From assembly GCA_003971905.1 (NCBI GenBank), contig RSEE01000032.1, positions 558,001-622,000 of the forward strand: a stretch of DNA of 64,000 nt, in the 5' to 3' direction. The notes under the pieces are model-generated. The model searched no databases, was not told where the DNA came from, and saw nothing but the letters and a program-made list of their open reading frames with translations. Source of the DNA: Moniliella sp. 'wahieum' (Eukaryota). This document shows positions 12,554 to 25,412 of this stretch, piece by piece; positions within the stretch are counted from its first letter, which is position 1, and each line of letters begins with the position of its first letter. Made by a program: the position numbers and the translations under genes.

Positions 12554-13257
12554 TTACGCTTCGAGTGATTTGCTGCTTGCCTCGGCGAGCGGATTGGCAT
12601 GGACTGTGACGGATTTGGTTTGGATCTCTCTGCCTTTCAACGGCCTATTCTTTTCGTCGACCGGCACCTGCTCCATCACGCCCAACGTGCCACCATCTTC
12701 GGCACCCCAAATGACGCGGCCAAAGATGGTTGTACTTGCCATCGAGGTGGTCCTGCGGCGCATAGATAACAAAGAACTGGGACTTGTTGGTGTTGGGACC
12801 CGAGTTGGCCCAGGCCACCATGCCGCGCTGGTTGAACTTGAGCGTGGTGCGGATTTCGTCGGCAAACGGCACTCCCCACAGGGATTGACCACCTTTCCCT
12901 TTGCCCGTCGGATCGCCCGTCTGGACCATGAAGCCTGGCAGGAAGAGGGAGAGGAGAGGAAAAGGGAGAGGAGGGTGAGGGTGAGCAGCGATCCAGCGAG
13001 CAGCAGCGCGGCTAACCGGCCAAGGCAGACAGACATACCGGCAAGGTTCCTGTGCCACAACAACCGTCGTAGTAGCCGCTGGCGCAGAGCGCCAAAAAGT
13101 TTTCTGCCGAACGGGGGGGTCGTTTCGCAAAACACTTCGATCTGGACATGCGGGCGGACAGTCAGGACTCCGTACCAGGCCGCATGCACACAGCCAGGCC
13201 CGGGGCGGCGCGACTCACTTTGAGGTCGCCGACGTTGGTGTGGAACGTGACGGACAT
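12554..13257 (-). CDS. PPIL3: Cyclophilin-type peptidyl-prolyl isomerase, PPIL3/Cyp10 class; frameshifted
   Basis: MSVTFHTNVGDLK / IEVFCE, WHRNLAG / FMVQTGDPTGKGKGGQSLWG, GMVAWANSGPNTNKSQFF, HLDGKY, TIFGRVI, VTVHANPLA. Introns 13142-13218 and 12935-13038. Confidence 0.92.
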
Positions 13258-13648
13258 GATGGGGCTGGTGGGGTGGTGGTGGTGGCTGGCGTGGGCGGCG
13301 GCGGTGTCGACTTGCGCAACCGTGTCGCTCGGCGCTGCCATCGCCGGAACAACGGCGGGTGGATGGAAACCAATATCCAGGTAGCGTGGGCTGGCGACGC
13401 ACCCGGAAACTTTCATTTGGCACTGCGTCCCACTCCAGTTTCCGCAAGTCATCACCCGTCGCCACATCATGCATCACCCAGCAGGCCATTTGATATTGGG
13501 CAGACAGGTGGACCAGATTGGACGGGGCGGAGAAGAACTCTTCGACGGATTTGTGTCGGCTCGAAGCTCCGCCTCCTCCGCCCACACCTCCGCCCTCGGT
13601 CGAGTCACCGCCTCCTCCGTCCCCACCACCTCCCCCGCCGCCCCCGCC

Positions 13649-15760
13649 ATGCTGCCCGCCTCCCAGCCCGCCCTCCGCCCGCCGGCCCTCCGCCTGGCCC
13701 GCGTCCCCCGCGCCACGCTCGCGCCCCTGTGCCCCTCCTCTCCCGCTCCTTCTCCTCGGCCGCCCGCGCCCCCCACGGCCACGCCCGTCCGGCGCACCAG
13801 CCCGCCTCTGCGCGTCGATACGCCGGTCGCCCCGTCGCCGACCGCGCCCTACCCCCGCCTCGCCCCGCGCCGGCGTACATCGAGGGTCCCTGGCCCGTCG
13901 GCAACTTCCACCACGGCCCCGATGCCATCGATCCCGCCATGTACACCCCGCTGCCCCGCCACCAAAGCTGGCCGATGGCACGCCGGACTATGTGCGCATG
14001 ATCCTCAACTCGGACATCTACAGCCTCGTGCGCGAGACGCCTCTGACCCGCAGCCCTGGCCTGAGCACCAAGTACGGGTGCAACGTGCTGCTCAAGCGAG
14101 AGGACCTGCAGCCGGTCTTCTCCTTCAAGCTCCGCGGCGCCTTCAACATGATGCGGCAGCTTACCCCCGAGCAAAAACTGCGCGGCGTCACAGCGTCCTC
14201 GGCGGGCAACATGCCCAGGGAGTTGCCATGGTCGCTCGCCACTCGGTATCCCAGCCACGATCATCATGCCCAAGGGCACTCCCAAAATCAGCATGCCAAC
14301 GTTCCCGCCTCGGTGCCCGCGTCGTCCTCCATGGCGACGACTTTGATGCGGCCAGCGCGAATGTCAGCGGCTGGCAGCTGAGACTGGGATGAACGATCGT
14401 GCCGCCGTTTGATGAGCCACGAGTGATTGCCGGCCAGGGCACCATCGCGGTCGAGATTGGTCGCCAGGTGGATTTGGAGAATGTGCGAGCAGTGTTTGTT
14501 GCCGTGGGCGGGGGCGGCTTGTTGGCTGGCGTGGCAGCCTATCTCAAACGAGTCGGCCCGCCTGGCCTCAAGGTGATTGGTCGTAGAGACGTTTGATGCC
14601 GATGCCGGCTGCCGCTCGCTGCAGGCCGGCCATCGGGTCACGTTGGATGAAGTGGGCCTTTTTGCTGATGGCACGCTGTCAAGCTGTTGGGCGCCGAGCC
14701 AATACCGTGTTGCGAGCGAACTGGTTGACGGCATGGTACGCGTCGACAATGACGCCATCTGCGCTGCCATCAAGGGTGTTTGAAGGTAAGTCCAACTCTC
14801 TTTTGAATCCCGAGCGAGGCAAGGGGCGGTAGAGGGCAAGACGATCAATATGGAAACTGACCTTTTGGCATTTCCCAGCAATCGTGCTATCCCTGAACCT
14901 TCGGGCGCGCTTTCGGTTGCTGGCATGAAGCAGTATCTTGATGTGCACCCGAGCTACAAGGATCGGGCGCAACCTTTGTCGGCGTTGTGAGCGGTGCCAA
15001 CATCAATCTGGACCGCATGCGTTTTGTTCGGAACGTGCCCAGTTGGGGTGAGCGGGGGAAGCGTTCCTCACGTTGAGATCCCCGAACAACCGGGCAAGTT
15101 TTTGGAACTGTACAAACACTTTTACCCGCGTCCCTTTACCGAGTTCTCCTACCGCCATGCGCGGTGGCGACGCCAAGACGGCCCACATCCTCTCCTTTTA
15201 CTTGGACTCGACCGCTCCCGTCGTTCCACCACCACATCCGGCAACTGGGGCGCTCACCGATGCCGCTGAGACCGACGGCGCCGACGCGCCTGCACCCACG
15301 CAGCCGCCCAAGCAGGCCCACCAGACTGCGCTCGAGCGCACCGGGCGCAAGAAGGTCTGCCTGTACAGCTGCCAGGCCAAGCTGAGTTGAGCCAGATCAT
15401 CGCCAACGTCCGTCAGGCCGGGTTCCATGTCGACGACCTGAGCGGCAACGAGCTGGCAAGGCGCACATGCGCTACCTGGTCGGCGGACGGTCGAGGGTGC
15501 CTAACGAACGGCTGTTCCGGTTCGAGTTCCCAGAGAAGCCCGGGGCGCTCAACAAGTTCCTCACCACCTTGCGCGCGGATGGAATGTGTCTCTCTCCATT
15601 ACCGTGCCGAGGGTGGCGACATTGGTTACGTTGGCTGGCCTCCAGGTCCCGGCGGAGGAGGAGCGCGAGTTTAAACGAATGGCTCACCGAGTTGGGATAC
15701 GCGTGTAAGGAAGAGACGGACAACGAGGTGTACCAGCGCTTCCTGAGCAACGAAATAAGC
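13649..15760 (+). CDS. ILV1: Threonine dehydratase (biosynthetic, mitochondrial); frameshifted
   Basis: [37 protein letters not shown] (PLP lysine), [71 protein letters not shown]. Intron 14786-14878. Arg/Pro/Ala-rich presequence. Confidence 0.95.
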
Positions 15761-16049
15761 AAGCGCCCGTCCCCGTCTCCTTTGCTCCCACCCTTTCCTT
15801 TCTGCCACCCCCAACCCCCGTCCCATGCATCGATTCTGTCCCTCTAACATCCATCATCCGTGCCGTCTGCCGTCGGCCGTCTGCATCTGCCCTCTGCCCC
15901 AGGGTGGAACCGCTTCCTGAATAGTTGGCAAAAGGCCTCATAGCAAAAGGGTTGTATTGCATTGCATTGTATCTCCTGATCATTCCCACAAGCCCCACAA
16001 CCAAAGCCAGTCTGGGGCGCAGCAGGCAGTCCAGTTCGTTCCGAGGCCA

Positions 16050-19000
16050 CTAACGGCGAAGCGATCTGGTCATGGGCAGATACGAGGCGGTCCCAGCCGG
16101 CACGGCTGTGTCCCGCCCCCCGAGCCGGTCAACGGAGGTGCAGTCACGCCGTCCCCGGCGCGGCCGCTCCAGTTGCTGCTGCCGTGCTGCTGCTGCCGCA
16201 TCCGCCGCTGCCTCAGGTCCCGACACGTCGGCAAACAGCCCTGGAACCCATCGTAGTCCAGCATCGCCATCGTTGACGGTGACAAGGCCGGATCCGAGGG
16301 AGCCAGCGCATTCCTCGACGATACGGGCGAGAGCGCGGCCGGGGTGGCGTGGGGTGACGTGGCAGTGCCTGCGCCAGCTCCAGCAGCCGAGGCAGACTGA
16401 CCGGGCGGGTGGGACGGGCTGGTAGGCCGGTAGGCTGCAGCTTCCGTCTCGGTAGGATGGCGGTACGACATGTTGGGCGTCCCAGGTAACGCTTCCATCC
16501 CAATCCCAATCCCTGGCCAGGCCCCCGGCCGTTGGCAAGGTCGGACTGAGACGGGGCAACGCGCCTGGTCCTGCTCCACCAGCTTCCCATTGCCCGCCCA
16601 TCAAGAGCGCGGCAAAGGTCTCGTCCAACGCTCGGTCCAAGTCCATCGTGCTCATCTCCACGCTCGAAGCGGCTCGAGGGCGTGGGCCTGGTGCGACGCA
16701 GCCAGCGCCCAGTCCGACACTGGCCAGGTCGAAGAAGCGGCAGACGGGTAGAGGACTGGGGCCTCAGATCCCTCGGGCCCACTGGCCGCGGCGCAGTACC
16801 CGCCGCGACCGTGGAGGCAAGAACGGTGCAGCGGGCTCGATCGGCATCCGATCCGCCCGTTCTTGGGCCTGGGTGGGGGCTTGTGGGCGGCGGGTGCTTG
16901 TACGCCCTGAACCGAGGCCCGCTTTCGCGCCCGCTTGGACGGCGGACCGTCAGCATCATGCGACAGTTCGGATTCCCTCCGCTTGGGGAGGGCAGGCAGG
17001 GCAGTGGAAGACCGAGGAAGGGGATGGGGACGTGGCTCCGCTTCGCCGTCTCGCCCGCCTCCTCTGTCTCGTCGGGCTTCTCTGGTGAGTCGGGGTGCGA
17101 CTTGGCCGATTGGCTTAGCCGACCAAGCTTGAGGGCCAGTTGCTGAATGACATGGGCCAAGACGTGGCGCAGCGGCCGGGCAGCCGGCGCAGCATGGGAC
17201 GCATCGAGGCGCTTCAGTGCGCGGCGGCGGCGTGCGCCAGACTTAACATTTGGGCCGAGCGGGCGGGCGTGTGGCGGAGGTGCCAAGCGCGCAAGGTGGT
17301 GTAGCCACCAGCGACAAGCAGCTGCTGCGCATACTCGAGCAAAAGGGCGAGGCGGGCAACGAGGCTGCAATGCTGCCCGCTGCGCTGATCAGCACTTGGC
17401 AACTGGCCCCGACCTGCTCCAGCGCACACTGGCCGCCGTCCGGTCCGGCACCTCGTCCTTCCACGCCGACACGAGGCCACCGGGGATAAAGGAGCGGTGG
17501 AGGAGCAAGAGGGTGGTGCGATACAAGACAAAGGCAACACAGCTGTACAGGCCCAGCACCGATCCAGGCTGGTGCACTCCGGTCTTGAGTTCGGTGGGTG
17601 CCTTTTCAAACCAACGCTGGAGTTGTGGGACGAGTGGTGGGCGCGCGTGTCGAGCTTGGCCAAGCGGGCCGGGCGATGGCCACGGCCTCCTTGGCGGAAC
17701 GGCGGGCCGGGGTCGTCTTGGGCGTGGCTGCATAGGCGTCTTGCGCGGCGGTGAGGGCGCGTGTGGCGCGCGTGCGAAGAAAGGCATTGGTGGCAATCAC
17801 GCCTTGGAGCCGGATGAGACGCACAAACGCGCGAAAGCCGGTCAGAAGCGCGTGCGGGTGGTCGGGATGGAACGGATGGGAAGGCAACGACGCATCAATC
17901 GACACATCTTCAATCCCCAGCGGCCGGCCTAGGGACACACACAGCATCCGATCCAGCATGTACACACACCACCACACCCCCTCCGCAGTTCGGCATCCGC
18001 CGGGCCGCAGCAAACTCGCTCGTCGGATCGAGCTGACGGTGGAGCCCGAGATCGGGGCGTTGCGCAACGCTTGGCCCACCAGGTCCCACGCCCGCGGAGC
18101 ACAATTGGAGGAGGTCATAAAGTACGACAAACCCCAGCGTCTGCACCGCACTCACTCCCAAGCCAGGGCCGATAAGCATATCCAGACCCGCGTCGCCTCC
18201 TTCCAGGGGCCCCATCGCCAAGCGCGCTTGCTGTACGCCGAGGCGGCGCTCGACCAAGAGCAAATGTGCGCGTGAATAAAAGTGCATGCCAGCCAGGGAC
18301 AGGGGAGGGCTACTGGCCGTGCTCGCCTCGGCCTTGTGTCCCTCCCTGGCGGCCGCCTGGGAAGGAGGACAGACAGCTTCTGAAGCGATGCGGCTGGCAC
18401 AGGCCAAGACGGCAAAGAGCAACGAAGGGAACAAGGGGTCCACATCCACCTCGGCCGCCCGAGCTTCTGAATCGTGCGGTTCGGGCGACGGAGCGCTTTT
18501 TTCGTCGGCCGCGGCGGCTGGATGGGCCTCGGTTGGACGGGCACGGCGTGCCTGCTCCTGCCACAGACGCTCGTACCAGGCAATAAAACGGTCGTGGTCC
18601 AAGATAGGGAAGAGGGAATGGATGTAATGGAAAAAGATTTTGACCAATCGATCGGCTACCGTACGCGAGGGAAGGGTTGGGTCGTCGAGCAGGATCTGGA
18701 GGGGAGAAACGTGGGTCCGATCGGGCTCGATTCACGATCTCGTAGCCCCCAGCGATGTGCTTGCATCGCCAACGAGCCCCGGGATCCCCGGGCCGAGGTG
18801 GCAGACTTGGTGTGCGAGCCCGTCGGTTCGTCTCCCATTCGGCCCTCGGTCGAACTGGCACGGCGGGCACGCTCGCCTGCCGGACCAAAGAGGGAAGCGT
18901 GTTTCCTACTATGGGGCGACGACGCACTCGGCTCGCGTCCGGCCGCGCTCGTCTCAGCGTCACCAGTCTGGCTCTTTCCGACTCGCTCTCCAACTCGTCC

Positions 19001-19628
19001 TCGCTCAGCGCAGCATGCACGTCATACAGCAGCGACGCACTTGCGCTGGGGCCAATGTACCGGATGGTACGGCCGGTACGGTCGTAGCGCATGCGCGCGC
19101 CTTGAGCTGGGAACGACAGTCGGCCCGTCGACCCAGTCGAGCGCAGATCCGAGGGGGCCGAGGACAGTTCCGAGGCGCGGCGGCGCGGCGACAAAGGTGG
19201 TTCGCCGGCGGGCGCTGAAGGCGCTGAAGGCGCAGCAGGAGCTTTGGCAGCACGCGGGCTGGCCGGGGCGGGAGTCGAGTCGGAGTCCGACCCCTCTGCC
19301 TCCTCCTGGACCGGGGCAGACGCACTGGCAGCATCAAAAAAGGGTCGTACCTGCTGGGGGCGAGGGCGGTGGTGGTGGTGGAGTGGGCGGCGGCGGCGAG
19401 GGTCTGCTCGATGGTTTCCAGGCGGGACTCGAGACGGACGACGTAGCGGCGCGAGTAGGCAGAGCGGTCCTTGGCGTCGACGTAGGCGCAGGTGGCCGCC
19501 GTGGGCTTCGGCGCAGGCCGAACACGGCTTGCGGCCGTCGCAGCGGATCTTTTTGCGCCGGCAGGGCTCGCAGGCGCGGGTGACGCGGTGGCGCTGCCGG
19601 TCGTCGGCGGTGGGGGGCGGGGCGGCAT
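16050..19628 (-). CDS. Zn(II)2Cys6 fungal transcription factor with Fungal_trans middle region; 3' end uncertain; frameshifted
   Basis: A frame absent from the ORF track reads HRVTRACEPCRRKKIRCDGRKPCSAC at ~19513-19590, followed by TCAYVD..SRRYVVRLESRLETIE, RYIGPSAS, IFFHYIHSLFPILDH, RAWDLVGQALRN..DLGLHR and VWWCVYMLDRMLCVSLGRPLGI. Confidence 0.9.
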
Positions 19629-19946
19629 GGGCGTGGCGGAGGCGGAGGCAGCGGGGGCGGAGCAGCAGCGCCGCCGAGGCGTGGCGGAGGGGGGGTTATC
19701 AAGCGTCAACTGAAGCTTCAAGCGCCTCCCGTGCTGGGCGCTTATCAGGCGCTGCTATGTCCGGGGGACACTAAGTATTTACTCTCGCCGGCGGAGCGCC
19801 TTCCGGCCGTTCCCGGCTTCCCCCCGATCTCTCACATCTCACACGGCCAGCGATAGTGAATAGTACATTGCCAGAGCATGGTCACGTGATCATCCATGAC
19901 ATACGCACACCCCCACAGCCGCTACTGTGGGCTCCAACCTCACACC

Positions 19947-22900
19947 TCACAGCTGCGCCGTCGCGAGGATGTGGGTGGCCAGGCGCTGGTACTGCACATT
20001 GCCAGCCACCACCTTGCGGAACTGCAGCCCTTTGACCCCCAGCAGCAGCGGCACCCGCACCACCACCACCTCAAACTGCACCCGCTGCGCCCCCGCCTCC
20101 GCCTCTTCCTCCTCCTCTCTCTTCCTCTTCCTCCTCGCGGAACGCCGCCGTCGGCACCTTGCCCTCCTCGGGCTTTTTTTGTCCGACACGCCCTGCGCAG
20201 CCAACACGGTCGACCGGAACGCGTGGGATCCCGCATGGATCTGGGCATCGCCCTTTCCCGCCGCTGTGCCCTCGCCCAAGGGCACCACGTACGTGCACGC
20301 GTACCCACCGCGAATCTCGCGGTGCTGCACCCCGAGCGCATCAAATGTGGTGACCAGCGTATGGTGGATCGTGTCCCGCGGCTTGCTCGAGGTGGTGCGG
20401 ACCGAGAAGAGGCCCTTGAGCAATACGGGTTTGGCAAACGACGCAGCTAAACTTTTGTGGCCCGTGGCGGCGGCGGTCGCGGGCGCCGCTGGCGTCGCTG
20501 GGCCAAGACGTGAGAATGAATCGGGGGGACGACCACGAGCGGACGAGGTAGAGGAGAAGGCGAGGGCGAGAGTGGGGGAAAGTCTTCGCTCTTGTTTCGA
20601 AGACGGGTGGCTGCGCCCGTTACTTAGGGTCTGGGCCGGCGCCGCCGACGCGGAGCGGAGCGGACGTCGGGTCAAGTCCCGTGACAAGCGCCGCGGCGAG
20701 ATGAAGTGGCTCATCCGTCGCACGGGGCTCTTTCCGTCCGTCCAACCCTGCTGGCTCGGGGGGTACCAGTCCGCCATGGACCGGGTAGGTATGCTGGCAG
20801 ATGGGGTGGGGTGCGGAACAGGAGAGGCCGAGGCCGAGGGGGGGAGCCTTCCTGGGCGCAACGAGCGGCTTGGTGGGCGTGGACAGCTCACCCACCGATC
20901 CTCTTCCGTCCCCGCTGCCTCACCTTCTTCTTCCTCTTCTTCCTCTTCATCTTCCTCTTCAAACTCGCGAGAAGGAGCAGGGTTAATGTGCGAGTCTTGG
21001 CGGCGCGTGGAGGCCAGAATCATGCGCCGAGACAGGCACCAATTCTGGTGGAGTGGCTGGCGACGGGCCGTCTTCGCCAAGCGCTGTGGTGTCTTTGCGA
21101 TTCAACAGCCCAATCCGGTGGTGGAAAGGCGAGGGCGTGGCTTTTCTCCTCCTTCTCCGTTTGGGGTATGGAGGCCAACGGCACGCTGGGTGAGCGAGTG
21201 ATCAGCTGGCTCAAGCGCCGGCTCAACCCGGACAACCCGTACCGATGCGGGCTGGGCGCCGTAGGAGCAGGAGCACCATGCCCAGGGCGGGGGGTCAATA
21301 GGGTAGGTTGTGCGTGGTGGTGTGCTGGTCTGAATCTGCGGAGACGCCGCAGCTGGAGGCGCGTCAACCACCGTTCCCGAAGGCGACAAGCCACCGTCCT
21401 CCTTCCTCTGGAACAGGCGATGGTGCGGCAGGGCTGGCTGGAGGGCCAGGCGAGATGCCGTCATGGGAGGGATGAATCGGCGTCGCCTCTGCACGCCGGC
21501 GCGGTCGTGGGGTGGCCAGTAGACCGGACGAGAGGGGCACGGGTCTGGCCCTCTGGCAGCGAGGGGACCGGCATCGGCTCCGACTCGGTTTCCTCACCTC
21601 TGCCTCCGTTTCCATTTCCGCTTCTTGCCCCGACGACGGTTTGGTCCCCAGTACCGATCGAGTGCGCTGTGGGTCGGCTGAATCCGAGGGCCGACTAAAC
21701 TACGCGCGTCGATTTGTGTCCGACCCGCCGACAGCGTCGCAGGTCGACGGCCCGGAGGAAGCTTCGGTTGTCGCCCCTCCCACGTCAGCGTCCATGACTG
21801 CCCGGTGGGCCCCATCGTGTCGTGCCTTGTTGCGCCCGACATGGAAAGGCGCGTGCGATGGGAGCCGACTGCTACTGAGGGAGACGCCTTCCTCCGATCC
21901 AACAGCGAGACCGAACGCTTTGGCACAGCGGCGGACAAGGATGTTACCACTGCGTCCTCCGGGATGTCGGCGGTGGTGGGCAGGGCGGAGCTGGGAGGGG
22001 CGCCAATGCCTACGGGGTGAGAAGCAGGCATTGAGGCCGAGGCAAGGGCAGAGGAGGAAGAGGAAATGCCGACACCCGAGTGGGGAGCTCCCCCCGGGCT
22101 GCAGCCAACGACAGCGGTACCTTGGGGGGCACCGTGGCCGCATTGGCAGGCGCATCGGGCGCATGCGCAGCGCGTGCCTGTTCTTCCAGGAGCGAAGCAT
22201 TGGACGAAGCAAAAAAGTTCTCGCCATAGAATTGCACCCGAGCTTGCTTCTCCCGTACCAAAAAGTAGATCGACAAGAGCGGGTGGTACGCATTGAGCGG
22301 GTCCAACGGCATCGCCACTCCGCCCCCAGGGCCGACAACCATTTGGGTACCCATCGGACCGACCCCACCGGTTCCCCCTGCGTTGGCCGAGGCCGCCGCC
22401 AAGGCCTGGGCCTGTGGCGATGCCGGTCCATCGTCCTTGGCACTACCGCCAAAGAGCGAGTTGGCTTTGCGCCGGTAAAAGTCAATGCCCGAAAAGCGCT
22501 TTGACTGCCTGGGACCGTTGGCGCTTGCCCCGCGGCCCAATTCGGTTGCCCGAGGGACGTACGGTAGAGGTGGAGTGGCGGGAAGCAGGATTGCGGCGGA
22601 GAGAAGCGACGGTTCTCATTTTCCTTCTTGGGCAACTTGGTAATCCCTTCAGCCGAGCTGCTGGCCAATGGCATGGTCAATGGCATGGGCAACGTACTGA
22701 CTGACGATCCAAACTCCCTCAAATGGTCTGGCACCGATTCGGGCGTACGAAGACCATGGTACACTTCCCACGATGCCAGCGTCGAGAGGTACAGGTCGGA
22801 TGTGAGGATTTGGGTCAGTTTGGCCTCGATCTGGTCCGCCGGACCGAAATCAAAGCCCGTCATGCCTTCAATCACCGTGGGATCGAGGTCGGCCACACGC

Positions 22901-24293
22901 AACGGCTGCCGCTTGGGCATGTGCAAATCTGGTGGCCGTCGTAATTCTTCATCATCAGGGATGGGTCAGCAGCTCGGTCATAGTAGCCCGCTGATGCGGA
23001 TTGACGACCAACATGCGCGAAAGCAGGTGCTTGCATTCGGCCGACAGCCAAGGAGGGTATTCAACGACTCCCTTTTTTGATCTTGGCGTGCAAGGCAGGC
23101 ATGGATTTGTCATCAAACGGCACCTGCCGCAAACCAGCACAACAAAAACCACCCCAAACGACCAAACGTCCACCTCGGGGCCCGTATATAGCTTGGCATT
23201 GAGCAACTCTGGCGAGGCAAAGTAGAGCGAACCACAAAAGGTGGTCAGGTTTCCGTGGGCGAGTAGAGGTTCGAGAGACCAAAATCGATGATCTTGATGT
23301 TGCCCGACTTGGAAATGAGGATGTTTTCAATCTTCAGGTCTAAATGAGAGCACATGTCACATGTCAGGTCAGCGGAAGAGAGACATGGTTGGTTTGCCTC
23401 GCACCAATAGACAGCGCAGGCAAGCACCCGCACGGCTAGGACATACCTCGATGAATGACCGAGTTGCGGTGGCAGTACTCCAGCGCCGAAGCGATCTGAC
23501 GGGCAAACTTGCGAGCTGCCTGCTCGCGCAGACGACCATGGGCAATAATGTAGTCGAGCAGCTGGCCGCCATTAACATACTCGCACACCATGTAGTAATG
23601 GTTGGGCTGCACCATCATCTCCCGCATCCCACACATACGGGTGGTGCAGCAACAATTGCAGCGACCCTTCCCGTGTGGTTCGCACCTCCTTGGCCTCATC
23701 TTTGGCTTGAGCTTTGCGCATGTACGACGCCGTTGGAGCCACGTACGCCCGCCCATGCGAGTCGAGCAAAGGAGTGCCATCGGCGTGGCAGGCGGCCGCC
23801 TTGGCAGCCACCTGCTCCGCGGCAGCTACCGACGTGTGGCGAGGAACGATCTTGATTCCCACTTTTTCCCCCGTCGTCATTTTGACCGCAAGTTTCACCT
23901 TGCCCATCGACCCGGCCCCCAGCGTCTTGCCTAGCACATACGACCCAATCGTCCGCCGTCCCCGACGTTCGCGGTCCCAGAGGAGGGAAGGATCGCGCTC
24001 TCGCTCTCGCTCTCGCGCCCGTCGATCGGCGCTTGCGTCAGCGGCGGCCGAAACCGAAACGGACGCAGACTGGGGAGTGGAGTGGGTATGCATGTGGTGG
24101 TGGGGGCGGGAAGCGTGCTGCTGGGAAAGAGGTGCTGAGGGGGCGATGTGGGTGGCGAGGGTGCGGGCGTGGGCTTGGAGGACGGCGTACTCGTCGGCGC
24201 GACCATGGGCCTGAGCATGGGCCATGTCCCCTGGAGCGCAGCGAGGGCGGCGTGCGCACCGGAAGGGTCGGTCGCGGGCGACGTTCCCGTCAT
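19947..24293 (-). CDS. KIN1: KIN1/KIN2 (MARK/PAR-1) Ser/Thr kinase with C-terminal KA1 domain; frameshifted
   Basis: [61 protein letters not shown] (intron 23340-23446), [34 protein letters not shown]1: [37 protein letters not shown]. Confidence 0.95.
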
Positions 24294-25412
24294 GGACGCA
24301 ATGGCGGGTTAGGGAAAGAAGAGGTGGAGGTGGGGAAGGTAGCCGTGGCGCAGGAGGAGCAGAAAATGGAGAAAGAGTAAGTCAGATCCACCCAGCAGCG
24401 CCCTGCGTCGCAGCTTCGCTGATCACGAGGATCCATCGGCTAATTACTCTCCTAATCAGCGCTCAGCGCCAGCTCTAAGCGCTCTAAGCACCCGCCCCAC
24501 CAGTGATCGGTGGTTGAGGATCGATAATCGATTCGATCAGCGGCAATCGCAAAGGTTAATTAATGAGCGCGCTGAGCCTCGCCATCGCTGTTGAAAGTAG
24601 CATGCTGAATCGTTCGACTGCCCACTGTGCCACTTTCAGAAGGTGAGTTTTATAGCCCAGCCAAGCTTCAATCCTCTTCACTCCTTCAAGCGGCGCGCAT
24701 TCGATTCGCGCCGGCGCTGGCTCTACAATGCTGGCGTCATGGCCATGGGATCAGTGACGAGAGGACGAGGACATGAATGACAAAAGGAACCATGGAATGA
24801 ACCCCCATAACCGCACCGAACACGGACACACAACCCAAACGATCGGAGAGAAGAGACAAACACAACAGAAGATCGGCCATCAAAAGTAAGTGGTGGCTGG
24901 CGAGAGAGAGAGAGCTTGACAACGCAGTAGGCGTAGCAGACAAGCAGCCGGAGTATACAGAGACGCGGTGAAGCCCATTGAAAGACAATGGAATGCGGGG
25001 TATAGCCACGACGAGCCCGAAGGACGAGGACGAAAGTGGAGGCGGGGATGATGATCAAAAGTAGAGAGGAGAGGGAGAAGGAGAGGGAGAGGAAAGCGAA
25101 GATGGGGACGAGCACAGTGTCAATGATGATGGTGATGATGATGGTAATGGTGATGATGGTAAGACAGTGGATGATGGTGAGCGACAACAGCTCAGTTCGT
25201 TCAAGTGACATGAAACGAGAGAGAGCGTGGGGCCAGGCAGGCGTAGGCAGGGGGCGATGGGGGGGGAGTGCAAAAGCGGGACACGGCGGTGGGACATGAG
25301 ATCTGAGGCTACATCAGGGAATGTGAGTGGGCACTGGCTGAGTAAGCCAAACCACCCCAACAACCCAGAAGATCGACGGCCCAACGACGGCAGGACCAGC
25401 CAGGCGGGCCAG

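Noticed and set aside
13649..19628. ILV1 plus adjacent Zn2Cys6 factor as a Leu3-like regulatory cluster
   Set aside because: Genes are merely convergent neighbours; no other branched-chain pathway gene nearby and no Leu3-specific motif recognised.
24723..25300. Hydrophobic membrane-like ORF (IITITIIITIII) and Met/Val-rich ORF
   Set aside because: Translation of (GAT/GGT)n and GA-rich simple repeats in the SFP1 3' region.
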